DNA of 64,000 nucleotides from positions 78,380 to 142,379 of the forward strand of contig CANMBE010000004.1 of assembly GCA_947495975.1 (NCBI GenBank), given 5' to 3'. This DNA comes from Ignavibacteria bacterium (GTDB lineage Bacteria > Bacteroidota > Ignavibacteria > Kapaibacteriales > Kapaibacteriaceae). Each line of letters opens with the position of its first letter. Position 1 is the first letter of the stretch. Shown in pieces: positions 30,786 through 40,305 of the stretch. The notes under the pieces were generated by a model. It did not search any database. It was not told the DNA's origin and saw nothing but the letters and a program-made list of their open reading frames with translations. The translations under genes were made by a program, and so were the position numbers.

Positions 30786-33700
30786 ATGATCAAGTTCTTA
30801 AAGACGGTTCTCGGTGGCTCAAAACACGACAAAGACGTAAAGGCACTGCGCCCAATCGTTGATGAGATTAATCGCATCTGTGATACTCTCACGCCGCTCA
30901 GCGATGATGAGTTGACGGCTAAAACAACCGAGTTCAGGACAAGAATTCTCCTTGCTGTACATGATCTCGTGGAAGAGGCAGATGCGATTCGTGAGCGTCT
31001 TCGCACCGACGCTTCCATTGAACACAATGATCGATCAGACCTGTATGCGCGCATTAACGCAAATGAAAACGAACAATTTACAGCTGTACAGGCAACGCTA
31101 AACGAAATTCTGCCTGAAGCTTTCGCTGTGGTCAAAGAAGTATGCCGTCGTCTTGTTGGTCACCGTTACTCTGTTGTTGGGAATGAGACTACATGGGACA
31201 TGGTGCCGTATGACGTGCAGCTCATCGGTGCGATAGTGCTCCACCAGGGCAAGATTTCTGAAATGAGCACAGGCGAAGGGAAGACTCTTGTTTCTACGCT
31301 GCCGATGTATTTGAATGCACTTGCAGGCAGAGGTGTTCACCTTGTAACGGTGAACGACTATTTGGCAAAGCGAGACAGAGAGTGGATGCGTCCGGTGTTT
31401 GACAAACTTGGTGTGACTACCGGTTGTATTCAATCTGAAATGCGTCCTGAACAACGCCACGAGCAATACTCGTCCGACATCACGTGGGGAACAAACAACG
31501 AGTTTGGATTTGACTATCTGCGCGACAACATGGTCACCGACGCCTCAGACATGGTTCAGCGTGGTCATTGGTTTGCAATTGTGGACGAAGTTGATTCGGG
31601 CCTTATCGATGAAGCCCGCACGCCCCTTATCATCTCGGGGCCTGTCACTGCTGGTTCAACAGAGGCCGCATTCGGTGAAATGAAGCCACGAGTTCAGCGA
31701 CTTGTAGAAGCGCAGGCTCGTTATGTGAACTCTATTGTTGCAGAGGCCGAGAGGCTGCTTACGTCTTCAACAAAGGAAGACCGTGCAAAAGCTGGAGTTG
31801 CACTTCTGCGTTCTAATCGAGGAATGCCAAAGCAAAGCAAGCTTCTAAAAATGCTGCAAGATCCTGACAGTCTGAAGCTCATGCGCGAATCTGAACTTGA
31901 GTATCTCAAGGATCAGGGGCAACGAATGAATATCATCGATCAAGAATTGTATTTCACTGTCGATGAAAAGAATCACCAGATTGATCTTTCTGATAAGGGG
32001 CGAGAACTCGTAAGCACGGATCAAGAAGACGTTGAGATGTTCGTGATTCCGGATATCGCTTCTCAGATGAGTGAGCTAGAGGGCAATGCGAACATTTCCG
32101 ATGAAGAGAAAACGTTGCATCGAGATGAGCTCATGCGAGTTTTCTCAGATCGCTCAGATCGTATTCATATTGTCAACCAAATGCTTCGTGCATACACGCT
32201 CTATGTTCGAGATGATGAGTACGTAGTGCAGGACGGCAAAATCAAGATCGTTGATGAATTCACTGGACGTATTCTAGAAGGCAGGCGCTATTCTGACGGC
32301 CTTCACCAGGCAATCGAAGCTAAAGAAGGTGTATTTGTTGAGCAGGACACACAGACGTTTGCAACAGTGACCCTACAGAACTATTTCCGCCTTTACCACA
32401 AGCTTGCTGGTATGACGGGCACCGCTGAAACAGAGGCCGGTGAGTTCTGGCAGATCTATAAGCTGGACGTAGTGGTTATCCCAACAAACCGTCCAACACA
32501 GCGCAAAGACATCGATGATCTCATCTTCCGCACAAAGCGCGAAAAGTACAATGCTGTTGTAGAGGCTGTGCAAGCCGAGCTCACAAAGGGCCGCGCTGTG
32601 CTTGTTGGTACAACAAGTGTTGAAGTATCTGAACTCCTCAGCAAAATGTTAAAGCGGGCCAACGTTCAGCACAATGTTCTGAATGCGAAGCAGCATCAGC
32701 GCGAAGCAGAAATCGTTGCGAATGCCGGTAAAAAGGGCGCTGTGATGATTGCTACCAACATGGCTGGTAGAGGTACAGACATTAAGCTTGATCCGGACGT
32801 GAAGGCTGCGGGTGGTCTAGCAATTATTGGTACTGAGCGCCACGAAGCACGCCGCATTGACAGACAATTGCGCGGACGAGCTGGCCGCCAAGGCGACCCA
32901 GGATCGTCCCAATTCTTTATTTCGCTCGAAGATGACCTTATGCGTCTCTTTGGTGGCGAAAGAATTGCAGCCGTTATGCAGAGATTAAAAGTTCCTGATG
33001 GCGAGCCAATTCAGAGTCCCCTTGTGACGCGAAGTGTTGAGAATGCGCAGAAGAAAGTAGAGTCGAACAACTTTGGAATCCGTAAGCGATTGCTTGAGTA
33101 TGACAACGTAATGAACCAACAACGTGAAGTGATCTACGACCGTAGACGTCATGCCCTGATGGGTGAACGACTTCGTAGTGAGATCATTGAATATGTGCGC
33201 GAAACAACCGAGTTGTGGTATGATGAATACCTTGAATCGAAAGATGTTGTTGGTTTTATGAATGATGTGCGAGTGAACATGCTCTGCGAGCCCCATATCA
33301 CAGAGGATGAATTTCTATCGGGCAAAAAGGATGACGTGATTCAGCGCGTAGTTGATGCTGCTGAAGAATATTATGATCGAAAGGAATCATCACTTGGACC
33401 AGAGTTCATGGCATCGCTCGAGCGTGTTGCGGCGCTGCGATCCATCGATGATGAGTGGCGCGAACACTTGCGTAGCATGGATGACCTCAAAGAGGGAATC
33501 TATCTCCGGGCTTATGGCCAGAAGGATCCGATCCTTGAATACAAGAAGGAAGCATATGGGGCTTTCCTGGATCTTATCTCGCTGATCAACAAGGCAACAA
33601 TCAATTTTGCGTTCAAATATTTCCCTCAGGTATCTGAGTCCGCTCCGAAACGCAAAGCTCCTGCACCGCTACCTACTCTTGCACCAAGCATTAGTGCGTC

Positions 33701-33899
33701 TAGACAATTGCAGTTTTCGCATCAAAGTGCATCTGGTTCGCTTGGCTCCGATCCAAATTCTGTGCCGCCGTCGAATGCAGCTTCTACGATACACAATGTA
33801 GGGCGCGAGGTTGGACGAAATGAATTGTGTCCATGCGGTTCCGGCAAGAAATTCAAATCTTGCCATGGTATCAATGGAGAGACCACGTACGGCTCTTGA
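30786..33899 (+). CDS. secA: Preprotein translocase ATPase SecA
   Basis: TGEGKT, VDEVD, ATNMAGRGTDI, QLRGRAGRQGDPG, SEC-C motif CPCGSGKKFKSCH. Confidence 0.98.
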   Translation: MIKFLKTVLGGSKHDKDVKALRPIVDEINRICDTLTPLSDDELTAKTTEFRTRILLAVHDLVEEADAIRERLRTDASIEHNDRSDLYARINANENEQFTAVQATLNEILPEAFAVVKEVCRRLVGHRYSVVGNETTWDMVPYDVQLIGAIVLHQGKISEMSTGEGKTLVSTLPMYLNALAGRGVHLVTVNDYLAKRDREWMRPVFDKLGVTTGCIQSEMRPEQRHEQYSSDITWGTNNEFGFDYLRDNMVTDASDMVQRGHWFAIVDEVDSGLIDEARTPLIISGPVTAGSTEAAFGEMKPRVQRLVEAQARYVNSIVAEAERLLTSSTKEDRAKAGVALLRSNRGMPKQSKLLKMLQDPDSLKLMRESELEYLKDQGQRMNIIDQELYFTVDEKNHQIDLSDKGRELVSTDQEDVEMFVIPDIASQMSELEGNANISDEEKTLHRDELMRVFSDRSDRIHIVNQMLRAYTLYVRDDEYVVQDGKIKIVDEFTGRILEGRRYSDGLHQAIEAKEGVFVEQDTQTFATVTLQNYFRLYHKLAGMTGTAETEAGEFWQIYKLDVVVIPTNRPTQRKDIDDLIFRTKREKYNAVVEAVQAELTKGRAVLVGTTSVEVSELLSKMLKRANVQHNVLNAKQHQREAEIVANAGKKGAVMIATNMAGRGTDIKLDPDVKAAGGLAIIGTERHEARRIDRQLRGRAGRQGDPGSSQFFISLEDDLMRLFGGERIAAVMQRLKVPDGEPIQSPLVTRSVENAQKKVESNNFGIRKRLLEYDNVMNQQREVIYDRRRHALMGERLRSEIIEYVRETTELWYDEYLESKDVVGFMNDVRVNMLCEPHITEDEFLSGKKDDVIQRVVDAAEEYYDRKESSLGPEFMASLERVAALRSIDDEWREHLRSMDDLKEGIYLRAYGQKDPILEYKKEAYGAFLDLISLINKATINFAFKYFPQVSESAPKRKAPAPLPTLAPSISASRQLQFSHQSASGSLGSDPNSVPPSNAASTIHNVGREVGRNELCPCGSGKKFKSCHGINGETTYGS

Positions 33900-34682
33900 T
33901 CAATGACATTCGTGTACGTGGATGTTGCCTTGCAGGTCTATAGCAATGTATTGTGACGGGTTGTCAGTCCAACAACCTGAGTTCAAATAACGTACGTCAC
34001 CAACCATGATGTCGATTGATCGATGCGTGTGGCCACAGAACACCACGTTGGCTTGGTGTTTCTTCTTTCCAAACAGGGCTGCATCGTGTCCAACTTTATC
34101 ACTAAGCCTTAGCCACTTCTTACTTGTACGCTTTACCCATCGTGAGGCACGGTGCTTAGGGTCAACCTTTTGGATTCCTAGATATATCCATGAGGCAATA
34201 GCAGTAATCACTTCATGCTCAGTGATCCACTTGTCAAATTGATGGCCATGTATTGCTAAATATCGAAGTCCATGTTGCTCCCACACGTATTCTTCGTGTA
34301 CTGGAATGCCAAGCAAGTGTGTGAGTATCTCCGCAACTCCTCCATCATGATTGCCCACAACCCACACTACCTCTATTCCTTTTTTCGGGTTTGATGTTTT
34401 ACGAATGAATGACAGGAACTTCCAATCGTCGCGAGTTAATCGTTTAAAATTCAAATCGTCAAAGACATCGCCATTGAGAATCAGTCTCTTGAATGACAAC
34501 AATCGCAATAGTTCTACGAGCCTTTTTGACCGCGATACATCCGAACCCAGATGTATATCGGAAACGATGATTGTGTCTAGATCGGCAGTGTGATCAAAGT
34601 AGACGGGCTGTAGCTCCTCATCAGAGAAGCTATGCTGCTCTTCACTCTCTGTCGGACTCAAAGGGTCTAAAGGCATGGGCAT
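33900..34682 (-). CDS. Calcineurin-like metallophosphoesterase (LpxH-like family)
   Basis: SDIHLG, GDVFD, GNHD, HGH, GHTH. Confidence 0.88.
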   Translation of the reverse strand: MPMPLDPLSPTESEEQHSFSDEELQPVYFDHTADLDTIIVSDIHLGSDVSRSKRLVELLRLLSFKRLILNGDVFDDLNFKRLTRDDWKFLSFIRKTSNPKKGIEVVWVVGNHDGGVAEILTHLLGIPVHEEYVWEQHGLRYLAIHGHQFDKWITEHEVITAIASWIYLGIQKVDPKHRASRWVKRTSKKWLRLSDKVGHDAALFGKKKHQANVVFCGHTHRSIDIMVGDVRYLNSGCWTDNPSQYIAIDLQGNIHVHECH

Positions 34683-35400
34683 GCTGCATTAAATAGTTCG
34701 TCGGAAATCGATCATCAATGCCGTAACTACGTGGCTTCTTGTCTGGAGGCAGGTGTGCAGTTCCAAAAAGCCAATCCCACACGGCAATCTTTGTTGAGAA
34801 GTTACGATTATGTGCTTCATCGTCAGTAGCATGGTGCCAGCGATGCATTTCTGGGCCATTAACTACCCACTGAAGCCAGCCGCTTCGTACGTCAATGTTA
34901 GAGTGGATGTACATCCCCCAAATTGCATCAATACAACCCTTGATGACGGCCACTTCAGGGGATGCCAATAACAAGATTGGCAAGAACTCAACGCTCTGAT
35001 TGATTAAGATCTCCAGCGAGTGGGATCTACTTCCGCTCAGCCAATCAACATGCTTGGTAGAATGATGTGCTTCATGAAGTCTCCACAAGAAGGCATTATT
35101 GTGTTGCCATCTGTGAAACCAATAGATATAGAGGTCATGCACAACAAAAAAGATTGCCACTTGCAGCCACAGTGGAAGCGCACGGATTACATGGATACGT
35201 TCAAGATGTGTTGATGCATCAATCCAGCCTGTTACGCCGTATATCACCAATCCTAGCACATAGGTCTGCACAAGACCGTACCAAAAGAAGTCGTTAAAGA
35301 ATCCCTCACGTAGGAGTCTTTGTGATTTGTCATAAGGATAGATCCGCTCTAGGAGCACAAGGGTGCACGCTCCTAGAACGGTAATGACAAATGTCAACAA
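34642..35400 (-). CDS. Fatty-acid hydroxylase / sterol desaturase family membrane di-iron enzyme
   Basis: TM helices; His boxes HRWQH, HEAHH, HSN, HRWHH; WDWLFGT. Confidence 0.9.
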   Translation of the reverse strand: MLTFVITVLGACTLVLLERIYPYDKSQRLLREGFFNDFFWYGLVQTYVLGLVIYGVTGWIDASTHLERIHVIRALPLWLQVAIFFVVHDLYIYWFHRWQHNNAFLWRLHEAHHSTKHVDWLSGSRSHSLEILINQSVEFLPILLLASPEVAVIKGCIDAIWGMYIHSNIDVRSGWLQWVVNGPEMHRWHHATDDEAHNRNFSTKIAVWDWLFGTAHLPPDKKPRSYGIDDRFPTNYLMQHAHAFRPFESDRE

Positions 35401-35420
35401 GGATAGTTGAAGCTCCGTAC

Positions 35421-36371
35421 TCAGGCCGACACCTCTTCTGAACGCACGCGACGCAACTTTGCACGTGCACCCATTTCGCTGTCATACACACGCTTAATGC
35501 CATCACCGAGCGCAGATTCTATATCGCGTATGTCTCGCACCAATCTGCCAAGGCCACCAACTTCAACACTTGCTGCTTGGTCTGTACCCCACATTGCACG
35601 ATCAAGCGTTATGTGGCGCTCAACAAACGTTGCTCCCAAAGCAACAGCGGCGTACGTTGTAGCAAGACCAACTTCGTGTCCTGAATATCCAATAGGAATG
35701 TTCGGGAACTTCTGTTGCAATGTTCTGATCATCGAAAGATTTAACTCGTTCGTTGGGCATGGATAGCTCGACGTTGCATGTGCAATCAGCAAGCGGTCTT
35801 CGTTGAGCGAAGCCACTGCTGTTTCGATCTCTTCCATCGTGGACATACCCGTGGATATCACTAGGGGCTTGCCAGTTGATTGCATTGCACGTAACAAAGC
35901 AATGTCAGTCAGCGAAGCTGATGCCGCTTTGTAGAATGGCACTTCAAAATGCGCCTCCATAAATGCCACCGCTTCTTCATCCCAGCATGAAACGGTCCAG
36001 TCAATACCATTGTCACGGCAATAACTGTCGATCTCACCATAGTCTTCGGCGGTAAACTCTACCTTATGACGATAGTCGATATACGTCATACGACCCCACG
36101 GCGTATCGCGTTCTAGCAACCATTGATCTTTTGGAACACATAGCTCAGGAGTTCTCTTCTGAAACTTCACACAGTCTGCGCCTGCTGCAGCGGCACCATC
36201 AATCATCTTCTTTGTAACGTCTAAAGATCCATTGTGATTGATTCCGATCTCAGCAATGATGTATACCGGCGAAGTTGAGCCGATAGAACGAGTTCCGATA
36301 GATACTGATGCATTCATTACGTCTTCCTCGTAAATATGTGAATCTGAATTGTTGTTCGTCTTTTCACTCAT
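35421..36371 (-). CDS. N-acetylneuraminate synthase (NeuB) family PEP-dependent ulosonate synthase, no C-terminal SAF domain
   Basis: IAEIGINHNG, VKFQ, STGM, SSYP, GYSGH, ERHITLD. Confidence 0.92.
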   Translation of the reverse strand: MSEKTNNNSDSHIYEEDVMNASVSIGTRSIGSTSPVYIIAEIGINHNGSLDVTKKMIDGAAAAGADCVKFQKRTPELCVPKDQWLLERDTPWGRMTYIDYRHKVEFTAEDYGEIDSYCRDNGIDWTVSCWDEEAVAFMEAHFEVPFYKAASASLTDIALLRAMQSTGKPLVISTGMSTMEEIETAVASLNEDRLLIAHATSSYPCPTNELNLSMIRTLQQKFPNIPIGYSGHEVGLATTYAAVALGATFVERHITLDRAMWGTDQAASVEVGGLGRLVRDIRDIESALGDGIKRVYDSEMGARAKLRRVRSEEVSA

Positions 36372-37180
36372 CACCAAGCAGTCCATCCACCGTCTACGAT
36401 GAGATTCTGCCCCGTCATATACCGCGATGCGTCGCCAGCTAAAAAAAGCAGAGCCCCTTTGTAGTCTGTTGCAGAAGCCATTCGGCCAAGTGGTGTTCGT
36501 CTACTGTAGTTATCGATGAAGTGTTGGTCTTGTCCGTTCTCAACGCCACCTGGAGAGAGGCAGTTGGCGCGTACGCCCTGCTTGCCCCAATACGTTGCGA
36601 GAAATTTTGTGAGCATTACAACAGCTCCCTTGCTCGTAGGATATGCGATGCTCTTGAAGAATGTCTGCTCACCAGTTGGCGTTTGGTAAATACTCTGATC
36701 AGGAGCTACAACGCCATACGTTGATGCGATGTTGATGATCGAACCACTGCCGGCTTCTGCCATCATCGATCCTAAAACCTGACACAGAGAGAATACTCCG
36801 GTCACATTTACATCCATAACGCGACGGAAGAGATCAACAGGATAATTTTCAAATCGAGATGATTCAATGGCAGAGAAGGGGCTCTCCACCATGTCATTCA
36901 TCGCAGCGTTGTTGACGAGGATGTCAAGCCTACCCTGTTCGTCAAGAATTCGGAGTTGCAACAATTGTATCGCCTGCCTATCTGTTACATCAAGCGTCAC
37001 TCCCACATGCTCTGGTCCGAGTTGTTGTGCAAGTACTTCAACCGATGTGGCAACAAGGTCACATGCGTATACGATTGCACCCGCGCTTGCGAGAGCGTCA
37101 CAGTGCTGCCTGCCGAGAAGTCCGGTGGCACCAGTAACAACGGCAATCTTACCTTCTAACTGGTTGAGGTCAACACTCAT
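36371..37180 (-). CDS. SDR oxidoreductase
   Basis: TGATGLLG, NNAA, IAS, YPTSK, SPGG. Confidence 0.92.
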   Translation of the reverse strand: MSVDLNQLEGKIAVVTGATGLLGRQHCDALASAGAIVYACDLVATSVEVLAQQLGPEHVGVTLDVTDRQAIQLLQLRILDEQGRLDILVNNAAMNDMVESPFSAIESSRFENYPVDLFRRVMDVNVTGVFSLCQVLGSMMAEAGSGSIINIASTYGVVAPDQSIYQTPTGEQTFFKSIAYPTSKGAVVMLTKFLATYWGKQGVRANCLSPGGVENGQDQHFIDNYSRRTPLGRMASATDYKGALLFLAGDASRYMTGQNLIVDGGWTAW

Positions 37181-38508
37181 ACACCAACGCTCACGTTACG
37201 TGGCTTTGTATTAAAGTTGCTCGTTTTGCGGAATACAGGCTCAACCGGAGTGCCTCTAAGTTTTTCACGGAGTGAACCAGTGAAGACAGCGGCGTGCAGA
37301 AGCTGGAGCACTTCGCGGTACACTTCAAGTGTGAGCATTACATCTTCGTTTGTATGCGCATATGACATGTTGTGGAACCCACCCCATAGGATTCCCCTAG
37401 CAATCATCTCTTGCTGAACATATGACTTCATAAGCAGAGGGTCGGCAACCGATCCATCAAACGCAACTATCGTGCGTGTGCCTAGCCCCTTGCATGTTAC
37501 ATACGTAATCCCAAGGTCAGAAATGATTGTATTAAGTCCATCGCGGAGTTTATCTCCAGTCTCTTCTATGCGGCGCGGTGCATCGTGATCGCGCAGGAAC
37601 TGAATGGTAGCTTTTGCTGCTGCAAGTGAAAGTGCTTCTCCACCAAACGTTGTAAAAAAGAAAACATCATGCTCGCACAATTGCATGATGTCTGCCCTAC
37701 CCGTAAGAATAGAGAGTGGCATCCCATTGGCCACTGCTTTGGAGAAACATGCAAGATCTGCCCGTACGTTAAATCGTTCTTGTGCACCACCAAGGGCGAT
37801 GCGGAATCCTGTCCACATTTCATCAAAGATGAGCAGGATGCCACGCTCATCGCATATCTCACGGAGGGTGTGTAGGAACCCTGCCTGAGGCTCTTCAAAG
37901 ACCATTGGCTCCAAGATGATTGCGGCTGTATCATCATCAATAGCTGCAAGCACACTCTCTGGATCATTGTAGCTAAATGTGTACGTCTGATCTCTTGTTG
38001 ATTGCGGTATTCCTGCGTTGCGATCTGTTGTTCCTATATACCAGTCGTGCCACCCATGATACCCACAACACAACACAGTATTGCGCCCCGTGTATGCACG
38101 CGCAAGTCTGATTGCAGCAGTAGTTACGTCGCATCCCGTTTTTGAATACCGTACACTCTCTGCGTTTGGAACTACGGCGCGTATAATCTCGGCCACTTCT
38201 ACTTCTAGTGGATGCATCAAGGAGAACGTTATACCATCACGAAGCTGGCGCTCAATGGCTCTGTCCACAACCTCATGGCCGTAGCCAAGAATCAGAGGTC
38301 CAACGGCCATTGTATAATCGAGATAGCGGTTCCCATCAACATCCCACAGATGCGCGCCTTTTGCACGGGCAGCGTAGATTGGTGCAACACCCTGTACGTA
38401 TTGTCCGGGACCTTTTGCCAGTGTCTGTGTGAATGCAGGGATCAGGCCTTCTGCGCGTCGAAGCATGTCCTGCGATGCAACGATCGATGGGTAATGTTGA
38501 TCACGCAT
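37177..38508 (-). CDS. Class III PLP aminotransferase (glutamate-semialdehyde-aminomutase-like)
   Basis: DVDGNRYLDY, YHGWHD, FDEMWTGFR, FSKAVANG, TTFGG. Confidence 0.92.
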   Translation of the reverse strand: MRDQHYPSIVASQDMLRRAEGLIPAFTQTLAKGPGQYVQGVAPIYAARAKGAHLWDVDGNRYLDYTMAVGPLILGYGHEVVDRAIERQLRDGITFSLMHPLEVEVAEIIRAVVPNAESVRYSKTGCDVTTAAIRLARAYTGRNTVLCCGYHGWHDWYIGTTDRNAGIPQSTRDQTYTFSYNDPESVLAAIDDDTAAIILEPMVFEEPQAGFLHTLREICDERGILLIFDEMWTGFRIALGGAQERFNVRADLACFSKAVANGMPLSILTGRADIMQLCEHDVFFFTTFGGEALSLAAAKATIQFLRDHDAPRRIEETGDKLRDGLNTIISDLGITYVTCKGLGTRTIVAFDGSVADPLLMKSYVQQEMIARGILWGGFHNMSYAHTNEDVMLTLEVYREVLQLLHAAVFTGSLREKLRGTPVEPVFRKTSNFNTKPRNVSVGV

Positions 38509-39451
38509 AGGATTGCTCCAGATTGCCGCTTGTTGCCCGCTTGTTACGTGTGTTCTTTATCCGATTTGCAACGAGATCGCCTGATAGACCTTCATGTGCG
38601 AGTACTTCAGGAAGAAGTGCTGGACGGAACCACGTTGTAAATCCAATTGGTAAGACTTCGCACGATTTGCGATTGCGAACGAGACATTCACATAGAATAC
38701 TGTAGAGTCCACCGGTAAGGAAATGATCTTCAAGCGTAACAACAAGATCACTGTTACTCGCCGCATCAAGAAGCCGTGCTTCGTCTATCGGCTTTAATGT
38801 TCGAAGATTTACTACTTGTACTGAGAGACCTTCAGCCGTGAGAATCGAAGCAGCAAGAACTGCTTGGCGCAACAACACGCCATACGTGAGAATAGTAACG
38901 TCCCTACGTCCATCCAGTGGCCCTGCTACAACCTCGGCAACGCCAGGAGTAAATGACGGTGAGTGTTCCACAGCAGCAGGTGCGTTGGTATAGCGCACGT
39001 AATAGGGTTGTCCGCTGAGGATCACGTCTTTGAGGCCGATCTTAAGGTCTTCTTCATCTGCTGGACAGAACACATTGATGTTTGGAATTCCACACATTAA
39101 TCCAACATCATCTATCGCTTGATGTGTTGGGCCGTTAGCATCGCTCAAAACACCCGGGACCATGCCAACCATGATTACCGGGAGATTTGGAATGCCAACA
39201 TCATCACGAATGAACTCAAATGCACGAAGTGTGATGAAAGATGCTAGCGCATGCGTCACAACGATTCGTCCACGCGCAGCAAGACCAGCAGCCATGCCGA
39301 TCATGGTCTGCTCTGCAATTCCTACATCGAGAAATTTGTCGCCGAGTAGCGCTGGCACATTTCGCATGTGACCGCGATTCTCTGCCGTAAGTATCATGAC
39401 GCGTTCATCTGACTGAACGCAGTCGAGTAAGATCGATTCGTAAGGGATCAT
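38501..39451 (-). CDS. Transketolase-like ThDP enzyme, pyrimidine-binding/C-terminal subunit
   Basis: GIAEQTMIGMAAGLA, GPTHQ, TLKPID, EDH. Confidence 0.9.
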   Translation of the reverse strand: MIPYESILLDCVQSDERVMILTAENRGHMRNVPALLGDKFLDVGIAEQTMIGMAAGLAARGRIVVTHALASFITLRAFEFIRDDVGIPNLPVIMVGMVPGVLSDANGPTHQAIDDVGLMCGIPNINVFCPADEEDLKIGLKDVILSGQPYYVRYTNAPAAVEHSPSFTPGVAEVVAGPLDGRRDVTILTYGVLLRQAVLAASILTAEGLSVQVVNLRTLKPIDEARLLDAASNSDLVVTLEDHFLTGGLYSILCECLVRNRKSCEVLPIGFTTWFRPALLPEVLAHEGLSGDLVANRIKNTRNKRATSGNLEQSYA

Positions 39452-40305
39452 CGCACCACCAATGTTTCTGAAGTAAGTGTTGCTACAGTCTCGCCGTGCA
39501 ATTCACCAATGAGCGCATCAATCTCGTCATGTGTGAAATTGCAGAACCAGCGATCGGCTCGCTCAGCAATGCTCGGCACGCCATGCCCGCGCTGAGTATC
39601 GGCGATTACTACTGTTGGCATTCCGTTGCGATTCGGGATCCGCTTGAATACTTCATCCAGATCTGCAAAATCATGACCATCTGCTTTTTCTACATTCCAT
39701 CCGAATGCTTCAAACTTTATGGCAAGGGGCTCAAGAGGTATCAGTTCTTCAGTGCGCGTATTTGCCTGAAAATGGTTGCGATCAACTACAGCGATCAGAT
39801 TATCGGCGCGCAATGCGTGCGCCGTAAGGCAAGCTTCCCATACGCTGCCTTCGTTGAGTTCACCGTCGCCCAGAATCACAACAACATTACTATCTACCCC
39901 ACGCATTCTCATATCGATGGCCATTCCTAGGCCTACACTTAGTAGGTGGCCAAGAGAGCCTGAGTGAAATTCTACACCCGGGATATTCCGATTGGGGTGC
40001 CAATAGATATCGTCGTGCACTCGAAGGTGATTCTTCAATCTGTCGCCTGTGATGTACCCTAGTTCAGCAAAGACTCCATAGAGTGCGGGAACATCATGCC
40101 CCTTTGATAACAAGAGAATATCTCGATCGGGAGAATTGAGAGTATCTGGTGTGATGTGCAAGTACTGTGTGTACAGATATACAAGGAGATCAGCACATGA
40201 GAGCGATGCACCAGTGAAACAGCCACCGTCAGTGGACATGCGTAAGATGTGTTCTCGCACGCGAAGAGCAATTGCTGGAAGTTGGGCTAGAGTGTGTGAG
40301 GTCAT
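39448..40305 (-). CDS. Transketolase-like ThDP enzyme, N-terminal (diphosphate-binding) subunit
   Basis: DILLLSKGH, HP, GSLG, GDGELNEG...DRN ThDP motif, FEAFGW, DGHD. Confidence 0.9.
   Translation of the reverse strand: MTSHTLAQLPAIALRVREHILRMSTDGGCFTGASLSCADLLVYLYTQYLHITPDTLNSPDRDILLLSKGHDVPALYGVFAELGYITGDRLKNHLRVHDDIYWHPNRNIPGVEFHSGSLGHLLSVGLGMAIDMRMRGVDSNVVVILGDGELNEGSVWEACLTAHALRADNLIAVVDRNHFQANTRTEELIPLEPLAIKFEAFGWNVEKADGHDFADLDEVFKRIPNRNGMPTVVIADTQRGHGVPSIAERADRWFCNFTHDEIDALIGELHGETVATLTSETLVVR

Noticed and set aside
37177..38508. Calling the aminotransferase hemL
   Set aside because: GSA-aminomutase-like fold only; it is embedded in a sugar/lipid operon with no heme genes
38501..40305. 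Frameshifted transketolase pseudogene
   Set aside because: Two-subunit transketolase-like enzymes are common; clean ATGA coupling and both halves are intact
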